The position numbers and the translations under genes are program-made. Shown piece after piece: positions 35,035 to 35,897 of a stretch of DNA of 35,897 bases. The notes below the pieces were generated by a model, which was given only the letters and a program-made list of their open reading frames with translations, did not search any database and was not told the origin of the DNA. The stretch's first letter is position 1, and the number at the start of each line of letters is the position of its first letter. The stretch is from the IMG/VR virus record IMGVR_UViG_2675903675_000001, positions 64,001 through 99,897 of that record; one strand, given 5' to 3'. This DNA comes from a virus. Taxonomy: Duplodnaviria; Heunggongvirae; Uroviricota; Caudoviricetes.

Positions 35035-35897
35035 TAAAGCACTGAAAGATTTTTTTAAAACGACTGTTAAGAAAAATGCGGTTCAGCAGCAAGTCAATAT
35101 TTGGCTAGATACTGGGATGCCTCATCTAAACAAAGCAATATCAGGCAACTACAGAAACGGCTTCCCATGCGGTCGTATTATTGAAATTTTTGGTTGGGAG
35201 TCGAGCGGCAAAACGTACATAGCCACTCAAGCCATGATTGCCGCTCAAAAAGCAGGTGGTATTGCTATATTCATGGATCATGAAAAAAGCTTCGATGCTG
35301 GACTTGCGGCTAAATGTGGTATGAACGTTGGTGAAGATGGTGATTGGATTTACCAACAGCCTGAAACTTTCGAAGAATCGATTGAGTATTCATCCTATAT
35401 CGTTAAGCAAATTCGTGAAAGTAAAGTAATCAAGAAAGAAGCGCCTATTGTCTTAGTTTTTGACTCGCTAGCCTCTATGGTGCCGAAACAAATCTTTGAT
35501 AAGTTTGAAAAGAAAGCTAACGGCAAAGCGACTGACAAAGACAACTTAAACATGAATGACAACACGGCTCTGGCTCGTGCTACATCAGCAAACTTCCCTG
35601 CTCTTTCCCAATGGGCGAGTAAATATAATGTTTGTATGATCTTTCTAAACCAATGCCGACAAGATATTGGCGTTGTTTTTGGTGACAATACAAAAGCGAC
35701 AGGGGGTAAAGCCCCTGCGTTCTACGCCTCTGTGCGTATTCAGCTCGGTAAGTCTCAAATTAAAGACGGCAAAGATCGCATCGGTGATATTGTCACCGCC
35801 AATGTCATTAAAAACAAAGTTGCGCCTCCATTTAAAAAGGCATCATGGAACTTCTTTTATGACACCGACATCGGCATTGATTCAATGGATTCGCTTA
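35024..35897 (+). CDS. recA: RecA/UvsX-like recombinase, 3'-truncated (absent from the supplied ORF track)
   Basis: GAGG RBS, ATG35024; WLDTG, GRIIEIFGWESSGKT, FMDHE, VFDSLASM, IFLNQ, GGKAPAFYASVRI, KNKVAPPFK; frame open to the window end. Confidence 0.93.
   Translation, partial: MAVNKALKDFFKTTVKKNAVQQQVNIWLDTGMPHLNKAISGNYRNGFPCGRIIEIFGWESSGKTYIATQAMIAAQKAGGIAIFMDHEKSFDAGLAAKCGMNVGEDGDWIYQQPETFEESIEYSSYIVKQIRESKVIKKEAPIVLVFDSLASMVPKQIFDKFEKKANGKATDKDNLNMNDNTALARATSANFPALSQWASKYNVCMIFLNQCRQDIGVVFGDNTKATGGKAPAFYASVRIQLGKSQIKDGKDRIGDIVTANVIKNKVAPPFKKASWNFFYDTDIGIDSMDSL

Larger units (their letters stand above)
1..35897. mobile_element. Segment of a temperate phage-plasmid, SSU5/pHCM2-like gene content
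   Basis: Tail tip, lysis genes, ParA partition, own helicase/primase/ligase/DnaE/RecA, VWA-MoxR pair, tyrosine recombinase and XRE repressor are co-located, and no host housekeeping genes are present. Group assignment is from recalled gene order, not a database search. Confidence 0.85.

Overview
The whole window is a contiguous piece of a large temperate phage-plasmid whose gene content and order resemble the SSU5/pHCM2 group. The DNA is AT-rich, which suggests an AT-rich enterobacterial host (inference). Left to right: a 5'-truncated giant lambda-J-like tail-tip protein (>2,700 aa, built from 44-aa repeats and inserted domains); a lysis region (holin-like, muralytic enzyme, overlapping spanins) interrupted by an AT-rich Cor-like lipoprotein plus two tail-tip-type genes; a ParA/RHH partition pair; a divergent GNAT-like gene; a replication block (conserved ORF, Hfq/Sm-like ORF, DnaB-like helicase, primase, ATP-dependent ligase); a structured ncRNA candidate and a small Tat-signal ORF; a tyrosine recombinase converging on an XRE repressor; a VWA/MoxR (CobT/CobS-like) pair; DnaE with a C-terminal UDG-like domain; and a T4-like UvsY/gp32-SSB/5'-3' exonuclease/RecA block (RecA 3'-truncated). 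The most notable signals are a ten-copy TAGGTA-N6-TACTTA operator-like motif, exact in-frame repeats bracketing tail-tip domains, a Tat-signal peptide ending in a copy of the tail-tip C-terminal motif, an Hfq-like gene, and a 31-bp repeat/inverted-repeat element. All family calls come from motif recognition by eye; no searches were run.
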